A stretch of DNA of 64,000 nucleotides from Nitrososphaeria archaeon. GTDB lineage: Archaea; Thermoproteota; Nitrososphaeria; JACIWG01. Shown here piece by piece: positions 28,461 through 38,030 of this stretch; position 1 is the first letter of the stretch, and every line of letters starts with the position of its first letter. Below the pieces are notes generated by a model that was not told the origin of the DNA, ran no database searches, and saw only the letters and a list, made by a program, of their open reading frames with translations. The stretch lies in the NCBI GenBank assembly GCA_963760525.1, contig CAVXDT010000003.1:99638-163637 (forward strand), given 5' to 3'. Made by a program: the position numbers and the translations under genes.

Positions 28461-28913
28461 CTAAGAAGAATTTGATTTTAGAGGGCAGTTACGATATTCC
28501 ATATACGCTTTTCTGCTCAAAAAGTCAGCTTCCTTGTTTTTCTCCCTTCGAATCCAGTTGAAGTGTATATTCCTAAACAGCTTAACTAATTCTTTTGCTT
28601 GATTATATTTGGAGACATAGTGACCTTCATGGCATTTCCATAATCCACTCATTTGATTGACTAAGAGCTTGGAGTCTGATTTTATGGTTATTTTCTCTCT
28701 ATCCATATGTAATGAAATAAGCAGCTTCAGAGCTTCACATAGAGCTGAATACTCAGATACGTTATTCGACATGCCCTCACCTTCTCCAACCACTCCATAC
28801 TTCTGCACTATACTCTTCCCATCTTCGTACACGACAAATCCATAGGCAGCGATCCCATTAGGATTTACTGGTTCACATAGGCCATCAATATAAACCGATA
28901 TCATATATGGCAC
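28461..28913 (-). CDS. rnhA: ribonuclease HI (type 1 RNase H)
   Basis: Candidate DEDD residues lie in YIDG, NNVSEYSAL, SDSKLLVNQ and NKEADFLS. Confidence 0.8.
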   Translation of the reverse strand: MPYMISVYIDGLCEPVNPNGIAAYGFVVYEDGKSIVQKYGVVGEGEGMSNNVSEYSALCEALKLLISLHMDREKITIKSDSKLLVNQMSGLWKCHEGHYVSKYNQAKELVKLFRNIHFNWIRREKNKEADFLSRKAYMEYRNCPLKSNSS

Positions 28914-29061
28914 CCATAAGTACTGAAGAAACTCATAATCTAAACATTTCTTTTCTCCAAAGAATCCTTAAAAAAATTCATCTCATGTAAATTCGTAAAG
29001 TAATAGATGATCATATCTGAATATCTAGATACAGCACATAGCCTAATGTAAATGCATGTGA

Positions 29062-29490
29062 TTATACTTCTATAATTTCGTATGTTGTCTTTATGTTAGC
29101 AGATTCTTTGAGCATACCACCTACTGAACAGTAAGTATCCTCTGAAAGCTTGATAGCCCTCTCGACAGCTTCCTTGACTAGGTTCTTGCCTTTGAGAATG
29201 TACTTCATCTCAATGTCGGTATATATCTTTGGATCTTCATCCCTTCTATGACCAACTATTTCGATCGACAAAGAGGTTAGGTTTTGCCTTTTCTTCTTCA
29301 TTACCACAACAATATCCATGCCAGTACATGCACCTAGGCACGCCAACAAAGTTTCCATAGGGGACAATGCAGTATCACTTCCTCCATTCTCTTTTGACGT
29401 GTCAAAATTTACCGTGAATCCTTTCTCGTCCTTTCCTATGAACATAAAGCCCTTTTGCCAATCTACAACTATCTTCTTCACAGAAGGCAT
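29062..29490 (-). CDS. OsmC/Ohr-family peroxiredoxin-like protein
   Basis: Paired Cys contexts LLACLGACTGMD and TYCSVGGMLK. Confidence 0.8.
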   Translation of the reverse strand: MPSVKKIVVDWQKGFMFIGKDEKGFTVNFDTSKENGGSDTALSPMETLLACLGACTGMDIVVVMKKKRQNLTSLSIEIVGHRRDEDPKIYTDIEMKYILKGKNLVKEAVERAIKLSEDTYCSVGGMLKESANIKTTYEIIEV

Positions 29491-29564
29491 AGTAAACGTC
29501 CTTAGAATAGAAATAAAAGCTTTACCTTCAACGTCTTGGAATTTATTGTTCGAAGGTTGTGTCT

Positions 29565-30284
29565 CTACTGCAATATTATTTTTAAGACTTCATTTGCGTC
29601 CAACAGATTTTTGAGGACATAGTCCGCTCCAGAATCAAGCAGTTGTTGCCGCGAAAAAATGCCAGTTGTAACTCCGATGGTCTTCACACCCACCTTCCTG
29701 CCAGCAAATATGTCTCTTGGGCTGTCACCGAGGACGAACACGTTATTATCGAATATGAAACCATAACCTTCTTCTGCTTTCCGTATCGCTATCCTTATTA
29801 GATTGGATCTTTCTATGTCGTCACTGCCAAAAGCTCCGAATTTAAAGTATTCCCCTAGTCCCGCTCTATTCACCTTTCCCCAAGCAATTCCCTCCACGTT
29901 ACCAGTAATCAATCCTAACAAAACCCCTTTTTCCCTCAACGTGTTCAGTAGTTCTTTAGTGCCTTCAAGAGCCTCAATATGGTAATTATCAGCCAATTCA
30001 TTATATCTTGCAACCATATAGTTCATCGACTCCTGCAGCTTGGACTTGATGGTAAACTGGTCGAAACCATGCTTCTGAAGAATTTCTGTCGCTATCTGCA
30101 TATGAGTTTTACCAATGAAATCAATAGGATCATCAGATACATCCAATCCATATACGCTCTTTAATGACTCGTCAAAAGCGATACTGTCTGCATCAAAGCC
30201 AACAGTCAGAGTATAGTCTATATCAAAAAGTGCTAATCGATCATAGTGTGAATTAATCCGGTTCAAATCTGCTGACATCCGCAT
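29565..30284 (-). CDS. HAD-superfamily hydrolase
   Basis: Motif I LFDIDYTL (DxDxT), motif II LITGN, motif IV GDSPRDI. Confidence 0.82.
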   Translation of the reverse strand: MRMSADLNRINSHYDRLALFDIDYTLTVGFDADSIAFDESLKSVYGLDVSDDPIDFIGKTHMQIATEILQKHGFDQFTIKSKLQESMNYMVARYNELADNYHIEALEGTKELLNTLREKGVLLGLITGNVEGIAWGKVNRAGLGEYFKFGAFGSDDIERSNLIRIAIRKAEEGYGFIFDNNVFVLGDSPRDIFAGRKVGVKTIGVTTGIFSRQQLLDSGADYVLKNLLDANEVLKIILQ

Positions 30285-30384
30285 TAGCCACGCTTACGAT
30301 TTTTTAAATCTTTATTTTACTTCAGACCCCGCTGGCATATAAAGACATACGCTAATCTAAAGAATTGAATTTACATATTAGCTG

Positions 30385-31227
30385 TCATAGTTGGCACTTT
30401 GGACAGTAGTAGACCTGCCCGCCTCCCAAGTTGAGAGCTTGTATAGCCGTCCCACAGACACTGCAAGCTTGTTCCTTCATGTTTTGCCCCATCATAGGCA
30501 CATAACCTCCTCGTTTTCCGTAAAGGTCTATGAATTGACTTTTTCCTCCAAGACGAATTCTCTCTTCTATCATGACTCTAATGGAATCGTATAGGACTCG
30601 AACTTCGTTTTCGTTAAGTTCCTGACTTTTCCTCTTTGGGTGAAGCTTAGCTCTAAACAGGACATCTTGAAAAGCACTATTACTCAATCCAACAACAATT
30701 GCATCCTTTCCAACGAGAACCGACTTAAGCATCCTATTACTCTCTTTGATGGCCTTCGAAAAACGTTCTAGTGTGAACTCTTGATTTATGGGTGACATGA
30801 CTCTATAGTTGAAGTCTCGGCGATAGACGTACGAAGTCTCCAAATTATTCTCTCTCATCACTTGGATAACCCCCATGCTAGTCAACCTCACAGTCAAAGT
30901 TGTGCCGTCACTGAAATCAACTTTCAAATGAAACTTTTTTGGAACTATTTCAGTTTCCTTGAAGTAAAGGATTTCGCCACCATATTCAGGGTCTAGAATT
31001 AGGCTAGTGCCACTATTAAGCTTCAAAAGCATCACATTTCCTCTGAACATCACAGTTTGGATTTCTCTGTCTATTAGCAAATTAAATTCGTCTAGGTCTT
31101 TATTCATCATACCAATCCTTTGCAGTTTCTCATAGTCTTGCAGGTGATAGGATCTGATGCGCTTCCCAAGTAACCTTTTATTCATCTGTTCAGCCAGGAT
31201 CTTGGCTTCTGGGAGTTCAATGCTCAT
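30385..31227 (-). CDS. Fpg/Nei-family DNA glycosylase-like protein (atypical N-terminus)
   Basis: N-terminus MSIELPEA versus canonical MPELPEV. H2TH-like GLSNSAFQDVLFRAKLHP. C-terminal zinc finger CSVCG...CPKC. Confidence 0.7.
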   Translation of the reverse strand: MSIELPEAKILAEQMNKRLLGKRIRSYHLQDYEKLQRIGMMNKDLDEFNLLIDREIQTVMFRGNVMLLKLNSGTSLILDPEYGGEILYFKETEIVPKKFHLKVDFSDGTTLTVRLTSMGVIQVMRENNLETSYVYRRDFNYRVMSPINQEFTLERFSKAIKESNRMLKSVLVGKDAIVVGLSNSAFQDVLFRAKLHPKRKSQELNENEVRVLYDSIRVMIEERIRLGGKSQFIDLYGKRGGYVPMMGQNMKEQACSVCGTAIQALNLGGGQVYYCPKCQL

Positions 31228-31367
31228 AAAACAAACCCTCTCTAATTAGTCTGGTCTCTAATGTTTGTCTTAAGTGTTCCTCTTACCAAAGTCCCCCCTT
31301 CTTGCTAAAGGATCTTTTTACAAAGAAGGATTAGTCTTTTATAGTAAAAAGAAAATGACATAGGGAT

Positions 31368-32501
31368 ATGAATGAATCAAGTGTCGAATTAAGGTCTCCT
31401 ATTGTTAACAAAGATCGTTCGGTGACATTAAACCTTAAGAGTGAAAACGCCAAAGTCGTCGAGGTAACATCTGAGCTTGTATTTGAGACAACTCGTGTTA
31501 CCACTTCGCTTGATGGGTTACAAGGTGGGCGCATACCTGTGAAAAAAACCGCCAATAGCGTTTGGACTATTACATCGATTCCAATGCTTCCCGGTAAGTA
31601 CGCGTACACATTTTGGGTGGATGGGCTAATGGCATTTGATCCTTTAAACCCACTAATACGTCGAGTTACTTCACTTAGCCCATTCGGGGGGAGTGTGAAT
31701 AAAGTCGACATTCCCGCTGATAAACCAATGCCTTGGGACTTCAAAAGTGACATCGCATACGGGAGCGTGATTCTAGAAAAATTCTACAGTAGGACATTCA
31801 AGCAGGTTAAGGGTTGTACAATTTACCTTCCACCAAATTATAAGCCGACTAAAGAATATCCGATCCTCTATCTCCTCCACGGTGCAAAAGGGGATTTTCT
31901 CACTTGGGTTTATAGTATGAATGCTGACAACATTTTGGACAATATGATATCTGAAAAAAAGGCAAAGGAAATGATCGTAGCCATGCCAGATGGGCATGAG
32001 GGAACCGTAGGGACTCTGCTGGATATCAGCCGATTCACACAGGATATCAGCAAAAAAGAGACAAAAAGAAAGCTTAGGGAGGAGCATACGACCTATTTCA
32101 TCAAAGATGTTGTGCCCTTTGTTGAATCGAGATATCGTGTCTTAAAAGAATCAAGGGCAATCGCAGGGTTGTCAATGGGCGGTGGCCAAACGTCTAATCT
32201 AATAACAACTCATCCTAAAATGTTCAACGCTGCAGGCATGTTCAGCTCAGGACTAATGGACGAGACCATATTAGCTAAAATCTCTTCCGCTAAAGACCAG
32301 CTTAAACTGTATGAACTAATTTATATATCCTGCGGAAAATGGGATCCCTTATTGAAAGAAAGTAGAACGCTCCATGAAAAACTAGATGAGTTGGGAATCC
32401 AGCACGTTTACTATTCAGATGATGCCGGTCATATCAACAGCTTTTGGTCAAGATCTCTTGCAGACTTCATAGGTCGCCTACCTAAAAGAGCATTAAACTA
32501 A
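31368..32501 (+). CDS. putative esterase (alpha/beta hydrolase, esterase D/enterochelin-esterase-like) with N-terminal Ig-like/CBM48-like domain
   Basis: YPILYLLHGAKGDFLTW and nucleophile elbow AGLSMGG. N-terminal beta-rich about 100 aa with YAYTFWVDG. Confidence 0.7.
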   Translation: MNESSVELRSPIVNKDRSVTLNLKSENAKVVEVTSELVFETTRVTTSLDGLQGGRIPVKKTANSVWTITSIPMLPGKYAYTFWVDGLMAFDPLNPLIRRVTSLSPFGGSVNKVDIPADKPMPWDFKSDIAYGSVILEKFYSRTFKQVKGCTIYLPPNYKPTKEYPILYLLHGAKGDFLTWVYSMNADNILDNMISEKKAKEMIVAMPDGHEGTVGTLLDISRFTQDISKKETKRKLREEHTTYFIKDVVPFVESRYRVLKESRAIAGLSMGGGQTSNLITTHPKMFNAAGMFSSGLMDETILAKISSAKDQLKLYELIYISCGKWDPLLKESRTLHEKLDELGIQHVYYSDDAGHINSFWSRSLADFIGRLPKRALN

Positions 32502-32516
32502 TCAAAGGGGGTCTGT

Positions 32517-33470
32517 ATGTCAAAATTGAAGTCTAAACTTGGAATCTATGTGCCAGTCTATGGCGGTTGGCTTAGGAATATTGCTCAAGAAGAGGAGGTA
32601 AGTTATAGAAATGCTGAAGCAGCTGTTTTGAAAGCGGAGAAAATAGGAATAGAATCGATATGGGTTCCAGACCATTTCCTAAACCCGATTAAAGGAGAAC
32701 GTGCAGACCTTTTGGAGGCTTGGACCACGCTCACCGCACTCGCTGCTGTAACAAAGAAGGTGGAGCTTTTTCATACGTGCATTTGCCAAGGCTTTCGTTA
32801 TCCCGCTATATTGGCGAAGATGTGCGCAACCCTCTCAGACATATCTGATGGTAGATTTCGGTTAAGCTTGGGGGCTGGCTGGTTTAAGCGAGAGTTTGAG
32901 GCTTACGGAGTTCCTTGGTATGAACACGATGACAGAATTGACCGATCTAGGGAACAGCTGGAGATAATGAAAGGGCTTTGGACGGAGAAGAGATTCACTT
33001 ATAAGGGAAAATACTATGAGATAACTAACGGGATCTTAGAACCTAAGCCCAAGACCAAGATAGCCGTCTGGTGGGCAGGAGAGTCCGAGAAATCAAGAGA
33101 ACTAGCTGCTGATGTCGCTGACGGTTGGCTAATTCGAGGCTCGACGATGGAAAAACTGAGAGAGAAGATTGCAGATATGGGAAGGAGGATAGGAGAAAAA
33201 GGTCGAAGTGGAATCCAATACGCTGTGACAGGACAATTCCTGATAGCTGAAACAGACAAAGAAGCTCAAGAGAAGTTGGAAACCAAGCTCCAAGGGGATA
33301 AGATTGTAGCAAAGACGATTATCGAAACTGGATTCATCGGCTCCCCAGAAACTGTATCGGAAAAGATCAACAACACTAGCAGATTGGGCATAGATTACAT
33401 CATATTGTTAGCAGCACCCACGATAGACGCATTGGATATGCTAAGCGAAAAGCTACTGCCAATATTATGA
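32517..33470 (+). CDS. luciferase-like monooxygenase family (F420-dependent-type) oxidoreductase
   Basis: IWVPDHFL, LSLGAGWFKREFEAYG and the GSPETVSEKI tail are typical of the LLM class. Confidence 0.75.
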   Translation: MSKLKSKLGIYVPVYGGWLRNIAQEEEVSYRNAEAAVLKAEKIGIESIWVPDHFLNPIKGERADLLEAWTTLTALAAVTKKVELFHTCICQGFRYPAILAKMCATLSDISDGRFRLSLGAGWFKREFEAYGVPWYEHDDRIDRSREQLEIMKGLWTEKRFTYKGKYYEITNGILEPKPKTKIAVWWAGESEKSRELAADVADGWLIRGSTMEKLREKIADMGRRIGEKGRSGIQYAVTGQFLIAETDKEAQEKLETKLQGDKIVAKTIIETGFIGSPETVSEKINNTSRLGIDYIILLAAPTIDALDMLSEKLLPIL

Positions 33471-33690
33471 CCGAATGAAGTTTCAATAGACTGGAGTCAG
33501 ATAACCTAAAACGAAAGCATGAAATCATGTAGGCCTCAAGGCCTCCCAAAAGAATAAGGGTCAGACATTTTACTTGATTCTTCTTCAGTGAAAACTCGGG
33601 CGGCTGTTCTAGAGTTTGAACGGACGGACTTGCCTTGTTCTATTGCATTGCATAATATACGGGCTTTTGCCATAGTGTAAGCGATTAAAA

Positions 33691-35598
33691 ATGTCAGAAA
33701 CGAGATACGTGATTGCCGCATTGGCTATTGCATCTATAGTCTGGCTTGCTGGCAATATGGTACCTAACGTCATACCTTCTCCTCCCGCGGAGAAGATAGA
33801 ACTGAACACTTTCAAATCCTACAGTGAGCTCGAGAACTACATTAAGACCAATACTGAGACAGCGCGAGGCTGGTTCGGTCTCCCAATAGGGTTACCAGTA
33901 ACTGCAACTCAGATGAACAAAGCTGATACTGCAGGTGCAGCATCTCCGGCAACAGAATCCTCTTCGAGCTATTCACAGACCAATGTTCAGGTTGAAGGAG
34001 TCGATGAAGCGGATATAGTGAAAAGTGATGGCACATACCTTTACATCGTGAGACAAGATTCTGTTACAGGAGCGGGAGAGCTGCTTATTGTCAAAGCTTA
34101 TCCGGTTGAGGAAGCAAAGGTCCTGTCCAAGATTTCTTGGGGCAACAACAAGTATATCTCAGGTATATACATCAACGAGGATAAACTCGTCGTTTTCATT
34201 TCAACATGGGACAATGTGAAAGTAATGAAGGAAAGTGCTGAATACTATTACTCACAAAATAAGATGGGCATTGAAATCTATGACCTGCAAAACCGAGAAA
34301 TCCCAACACTTGCTAGGAACATCACTCTGGATGGATACTATATGAACTCAAGAATGATAGGCAAGTACGTTTACGTTGTATCCGAGTTTCCAACGTACTC
34401 AGTTCCAGATGAAATAATACTTCCAACGATCAGCATGAATGGAGAAGAGAAGAAAGTTGATCCTACAGAAGTCTATTATCCAAACACTCCTGACGTAGCT
34501 TATTCGTTCACTACAATATTCTCCTTTAATACGCAGGATGATTCTCAGGCGCCAGTTCAGAAGACAGTGCTCACAGGATCTGCAAGCAACATATACGTAT
34601 CATTAGACAACATATTTCTAACTTTGACTAAATATAACTATAATCAAATGGAGCAAACGCAGGAATACTCCGAGGAAACGATGATCTACAGAGTGAAGAT
34701 AGAAGACGGAGATATAAAATTGGAAGCTGAAGGATCAGTTCCAGGTCACATACTTAACCAGTTCTCGATGGATGAATATAACGGATACTTCAGAATTGCT
34801 ACAACAACAGGACAAGTGTTCTTTTGGGGGCAAGGGAGCTCAGAGCAGGTTAATCACCTATATGTCCTCGATCAATCGCTCAAGTTAGTTGGAAAGGTAG
34901 AGAACATAGCTCAAGGCGAAAAAATCTACTCCGTCAGGTTTATGGGAGAACAGGCCTACATGGTCACCTTTAAGAAAGTTGATCCATTCTTCATAATAGA
35001 CCTTAAGGACCCTGCTAATCCAGTAATATTAGGATGGCTGAAGATACCAGGATTCTCCGATTACCTGCACCCGTTGGACAAAAACCACATAATAGGATTA
35101 GGCAAGGACGCTGTGCCAGCAGAAGAAGGAGACTTCGCATGGTATCAGGGAATCAAAATCTCCGTTTTCGATGTAACTAATGTGAGCGCTCCGATTGAAA
35201 CCTCCCAGTTCAAGATAGGCGACAGGGGAACAGACTCGCCAGCGCTATCTGATCACAAGGCATTCCTTTTCAAAAAAGACACAGGGTTGATGGTGATTCC
35301 AGTGCTTGTTTACAAAATAAACGAAGAACAGTATTCAGGGGAAATTCCAGCTAATGCTTATGGTGAGCCAGCATGGCAAGGAGCCTACGTGTTCAACGTT
35401 TCGTCAGATAATGGAATAGTCTTCAAAGGTAGAATCACACATATCGATGGTTTACTTAGCGAAGGAAAATACGATGGATCAGACTTCATCCAAAGAGCCC
35501 TATACATCGACAAATATCTATACACTCTCTCACAGGGCATGATAAAGATAAACAACATTGATGATCTTGCAGAGGTCGCTACAATAGTCCTTCCATAA
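33691..35598 (+). CDS. secreted/anchored beta-propeller domain protein (COG4880 / Beta_propel type)
   Basis: N-terminal TM/signal (VIAALAIASIVWLA). Hallmark TNVQVEGVDEADIVKSDGTYLYIV. Long repetitive beta-rich body. Confidence 0.7.
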   Translation: MSETRYVIAALAIASIVWLAGNMVPNVIPSPPAEKIELNTFKSYSELENYIKTNTETARGWFGLPIGLPVTATQMNKADTAGAASPATESSSSYSQTNVQVEGVDEADIVKSDGTYLYIVRQDSVTGAGELLIVKAYPVEEAKVLSKISWGNNKYISGIYINEDKLVVFISTWDNVKVMKESAEYYYSQNKMGIEIYDLQNREIPTLARNITLDGYYMNSRMIGKYVYVVSEFPTYSVPDEIILPTISMNGEEKKVDPTEVYYPNTPDVAYSFTTIFSFNTQDDSQAPVQKTVLTGSASNIYVSLDNIFLTLTKYNYNQMEQTQEYSEETMIYRVKIEDGDIKLEAEGSVPGHILNQFSMDEYNGYFRIATTTGQVFFWGQGSSEQVNHLYVLDQSLKLVGKVENIAQGEKIYSVRFMGEQAYMVTFKKVDPFFIIDLKDPANPVILGWLKIPGFSDYLHPLDKNHIIGLGKDAVPAEEGDFAWYQGIKISVFDVTNVSAPIETSQFKIGDRGTDSPALSDHKAFLFKKDTGLMVIPVLVYKINEEQYSGEIPANAYGEPAWQGAYVFNVSSDNGIVFKGRITHIDGLLSEGKYDGSDFIQRALYIDKYLYTLSQGMIKINNIDDLAEVATIVLP

Positions 35599-35629
35599 GA
35601 AGAAGAGCTATCCCACCCTCCCTTTATTT

Positions 35630-36607
35630 TTGGCTATCGGATCCTGTTTAAAACCTAAAATACATAAACTAGTATTTGTGCATTCTGAAGTCGAGAAATT
35701 GAACATTAGAAAACAGATCCTAACATATACCATACTATTCGCTCTCATAATTGCTTTATCCGCAACATCTTCTCTAGCAAATGTACCTACTGTTGTACAG
35801 CTTACTTCAAGGCAAGAAGGAACGAACACTGTTTTAGTTTTGAAGATAAGGCATGCAAATCCTTCACAATCGCACTATGTTGACACAGTCGAAATCAAAA
35901 TAAACGAAAAGCTCGCAAGTTTAACTCTAAACCCGCAAAGCGACCAAATATTCGAATACGAATACAATGCTGGAATACTAGACAGCAGTGCAAGTATTAT
36001 GGCCAGAGCACACTGTACTCTCCACGGATGGAGTGACTGGACAAATTACTCGACCTCGACTACGACAACCCAGTCTACAACAACTTCTACACCAACAACG
36101 AGCACAACTCAAACGACAACCGCAACCACTACAACAGTTACAACTACTAGTACAGCAAACAGTACAACCACACAGATGACATCAACAACTTCAACAACAA
36201 CTCCTCCTCCCTCAAGCGTAACTTTCACTTCACCAGAAATCAATCTGATAGCTCAGATCTCATTCGGAATTGCAGTCATAGCTGGGGCAATTCTAGCCTT
36301 AAAACGGAAGCTGAAGATTCACCATAGACTAATGACCATCGTAACATTCCTCAATGCAATAACTATCATTGTTGTGATGGGCCCATCAATGGTGAACCTC
36401 ATAAGCCAGCCTTCAAGGAACATTAACACAACAACAATGGTGACTGTGGTACATGGCATCATTGGAGCAGTAGCTGAGGCAATAGGAGTGGCTAGTTTGT
36501 ACAAGCGCCTCAAGCACAGGAAGGCATGGATGAAAGTCCTCTTCAGCTTATGGATGCTATCCCTAGTCCTCGGGATAATAATATACATAATATTCTACGT
36601 GAGCTAA
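35630..36607 (+). CDS. membrane protein: extracytoplasmic superoxide-reductase-like domain + poly-Thr linker + 4-TM C-terminal module
   Basis: Signal/anchor ILTYTILFALIIALSATSSLA. SOR-like motifs IRHANPSQSHYVDTVEI and ARAHCTLHGW. Thr-rich aa 141-196. Four C-terminal TMs with His residues. The true start may be TTG at 35699. Confidence 0.5.
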   Translation: MAIGSCLKPKIHKLVFVHSEVEKLNIRKQILTYTILFALIIALSATSSLANVPTVVQLTSRQEGTNTVLVLKIRHANPSQSHYVDTVEIKINEKLASLTLNPQSDQIFEYEYNAGILDSSASIMARAHCTLHGWSDWTNYSTSTTTTQSTTTSTPTTSTTQTTTATTTTVTTTSTANSTTTQMTSTTSTTTPPPSSVTFTSPEINLIAQISFGIAVIAGAILALKRKLKIHHRLMTIVTFLNAITIIVVMGPSMVNLISQPSRNINTTTMVTVVHGIIGAVAEAIGVASLYKRLKHRKAWMKVLFSLWMLSLVLGIIIYIIFYVS

Positions 36608-36750
36608 GGAGCAGACAAAGGGGAGCATTAGGCTTTATTGACCTAGTTTATTGCATGAAGACGGGATGAATTCAACATTGTTATGATACGAGTTTCCAAC
36701 AAAAATACTTATATGCTATTGACGCAACATAAACGTGAAACCTTTTGGAC

Positions 36751-37614
36751 ATGCGGTCTTATGGTAGGACAGGGGCCAAAGTCACTGTAATTGCTTTAGG
36801 CTGGTGTGGTTTAGGCTTTTCAAGTGTTTCCCAAGCTGAGGCAAACAAGATGATTACATTGGCCATGGATTACGGTGTCAACATGATAGATGTTGCTCCC
36901 TCTTATGGTGATGCTGAAGTCTAACTTAGTGATATGCTAAAAAAAAGAAGTAGATTTTTTTGGCTGAAAAGACTCTTAAAAGAACCAAAGAGGAGGCTAG
37001 CTTGGAATTGAAAGCTTCTCTTGAGAAATTTCGATCTTTACCAGTTCCACGCGGTTAGGAATTTTGATGACCTGGATAAGATCATGAGTAAAGATGGGGC
37101 GATCGAAGCGTTTAAGGAGGCCAGGGAGACTGGCCTAATAAAGTACATTGGTCTGACAGGGCATAGAGATGTCAGAGTTCATTTGAAGGCTTTAGAATTG
37201 TTTGATTTTGATGCTCTACTTCTACCAGTATGCGCCTCGAGTTTGGCGAATCCCACACTTGAAAACGATTTCAGACCCGTGTTAAAGTCTGCTGTTGATA
37301 GAGGAGTTGGTGTGACCACTATTAAGGCAGTCAGTAGACGAAGATGGGCATCCGGTGTGTCAAGGAGTTGTAATACTTGGTATGAACCCTCAGACGTTTA
37401 TGAAGAGGTTCAAATGTTAGTCAATTTTACGCTATCTCAAGATGGTGTCTCAACTTATTCTATGGCATGCGATGTTAGGCTTTGGCCTTTAATTTTAGAA
37501 GCCGGTAAAAACTTCAAACACGTCGATATTATGGAGAGAGAAGAGATTCTAAAGAAGGTTCAGAGCGCAAGTTACAACCCTCTTTATCCGCAATCGGAAA
37601 GTCATTCTGGATGA
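36751..37614 (+). pseudogene. aldo/keto reductase, disrupted (in-frame stop plus frame change)
   Basis: N-terminus MRSYGRTGAKVTVIALG...AMDYGVNMIDVAPSYGDAEV runs into TAA at 36922-36924. The AKR continuation (DLYQFHAV..., GLIKYIGLTGH) resumes in another frame (ORF 37021-37614). Confidence 0.75.
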
Positions 37615-37820
37615 CATCTATCCTCTAATTACGAAAAAGGTAAGAACATAACGCTCATCCTTTTTACACATGGGTCAATCCTGCTTTCCACAAGATTAGA
37701 ATTATCTGTTGCAATCTAGTCATATGACATCTCCGAAACAATGTAATTCGTCTGAGACAATTAGTTGCCTAAAGCCAAAGGAATAGGCTTCTTCTGGACT
37801 GGATGGAGAAGGATGCATCT

Positions 37821-38030
37821 GTCAAAATTATACAAAAGCTACAGCTGAAAAGCTGTGCAAATGATCTTGTCAAAAAAGTAGACCAAGGCCCTAGGAAAAG
37901 CCCCGGACAGACCCTAAAAACGAGCACTAGAGAGCGTAACAGGGCATGTGTCAAAAACATGCTTTTTTGACGATATTTTTGACCGTGAATTTTGACGGTT
38001 TTTTTGACGGTATTTTGACGATATTTTGAC
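37821..38030. repeat. TTTTGAC motif cluster: three inverted copies followed by a 6-unit tandem array (11-13-nt period)
   Basis: GTCAAAA at 37821, 37869 and 37950. TTGAC at 37967, 37979, 37992, 38004, 38015 and 38026. Unit is about GACGRTATTTT. Confidence 0.8.
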
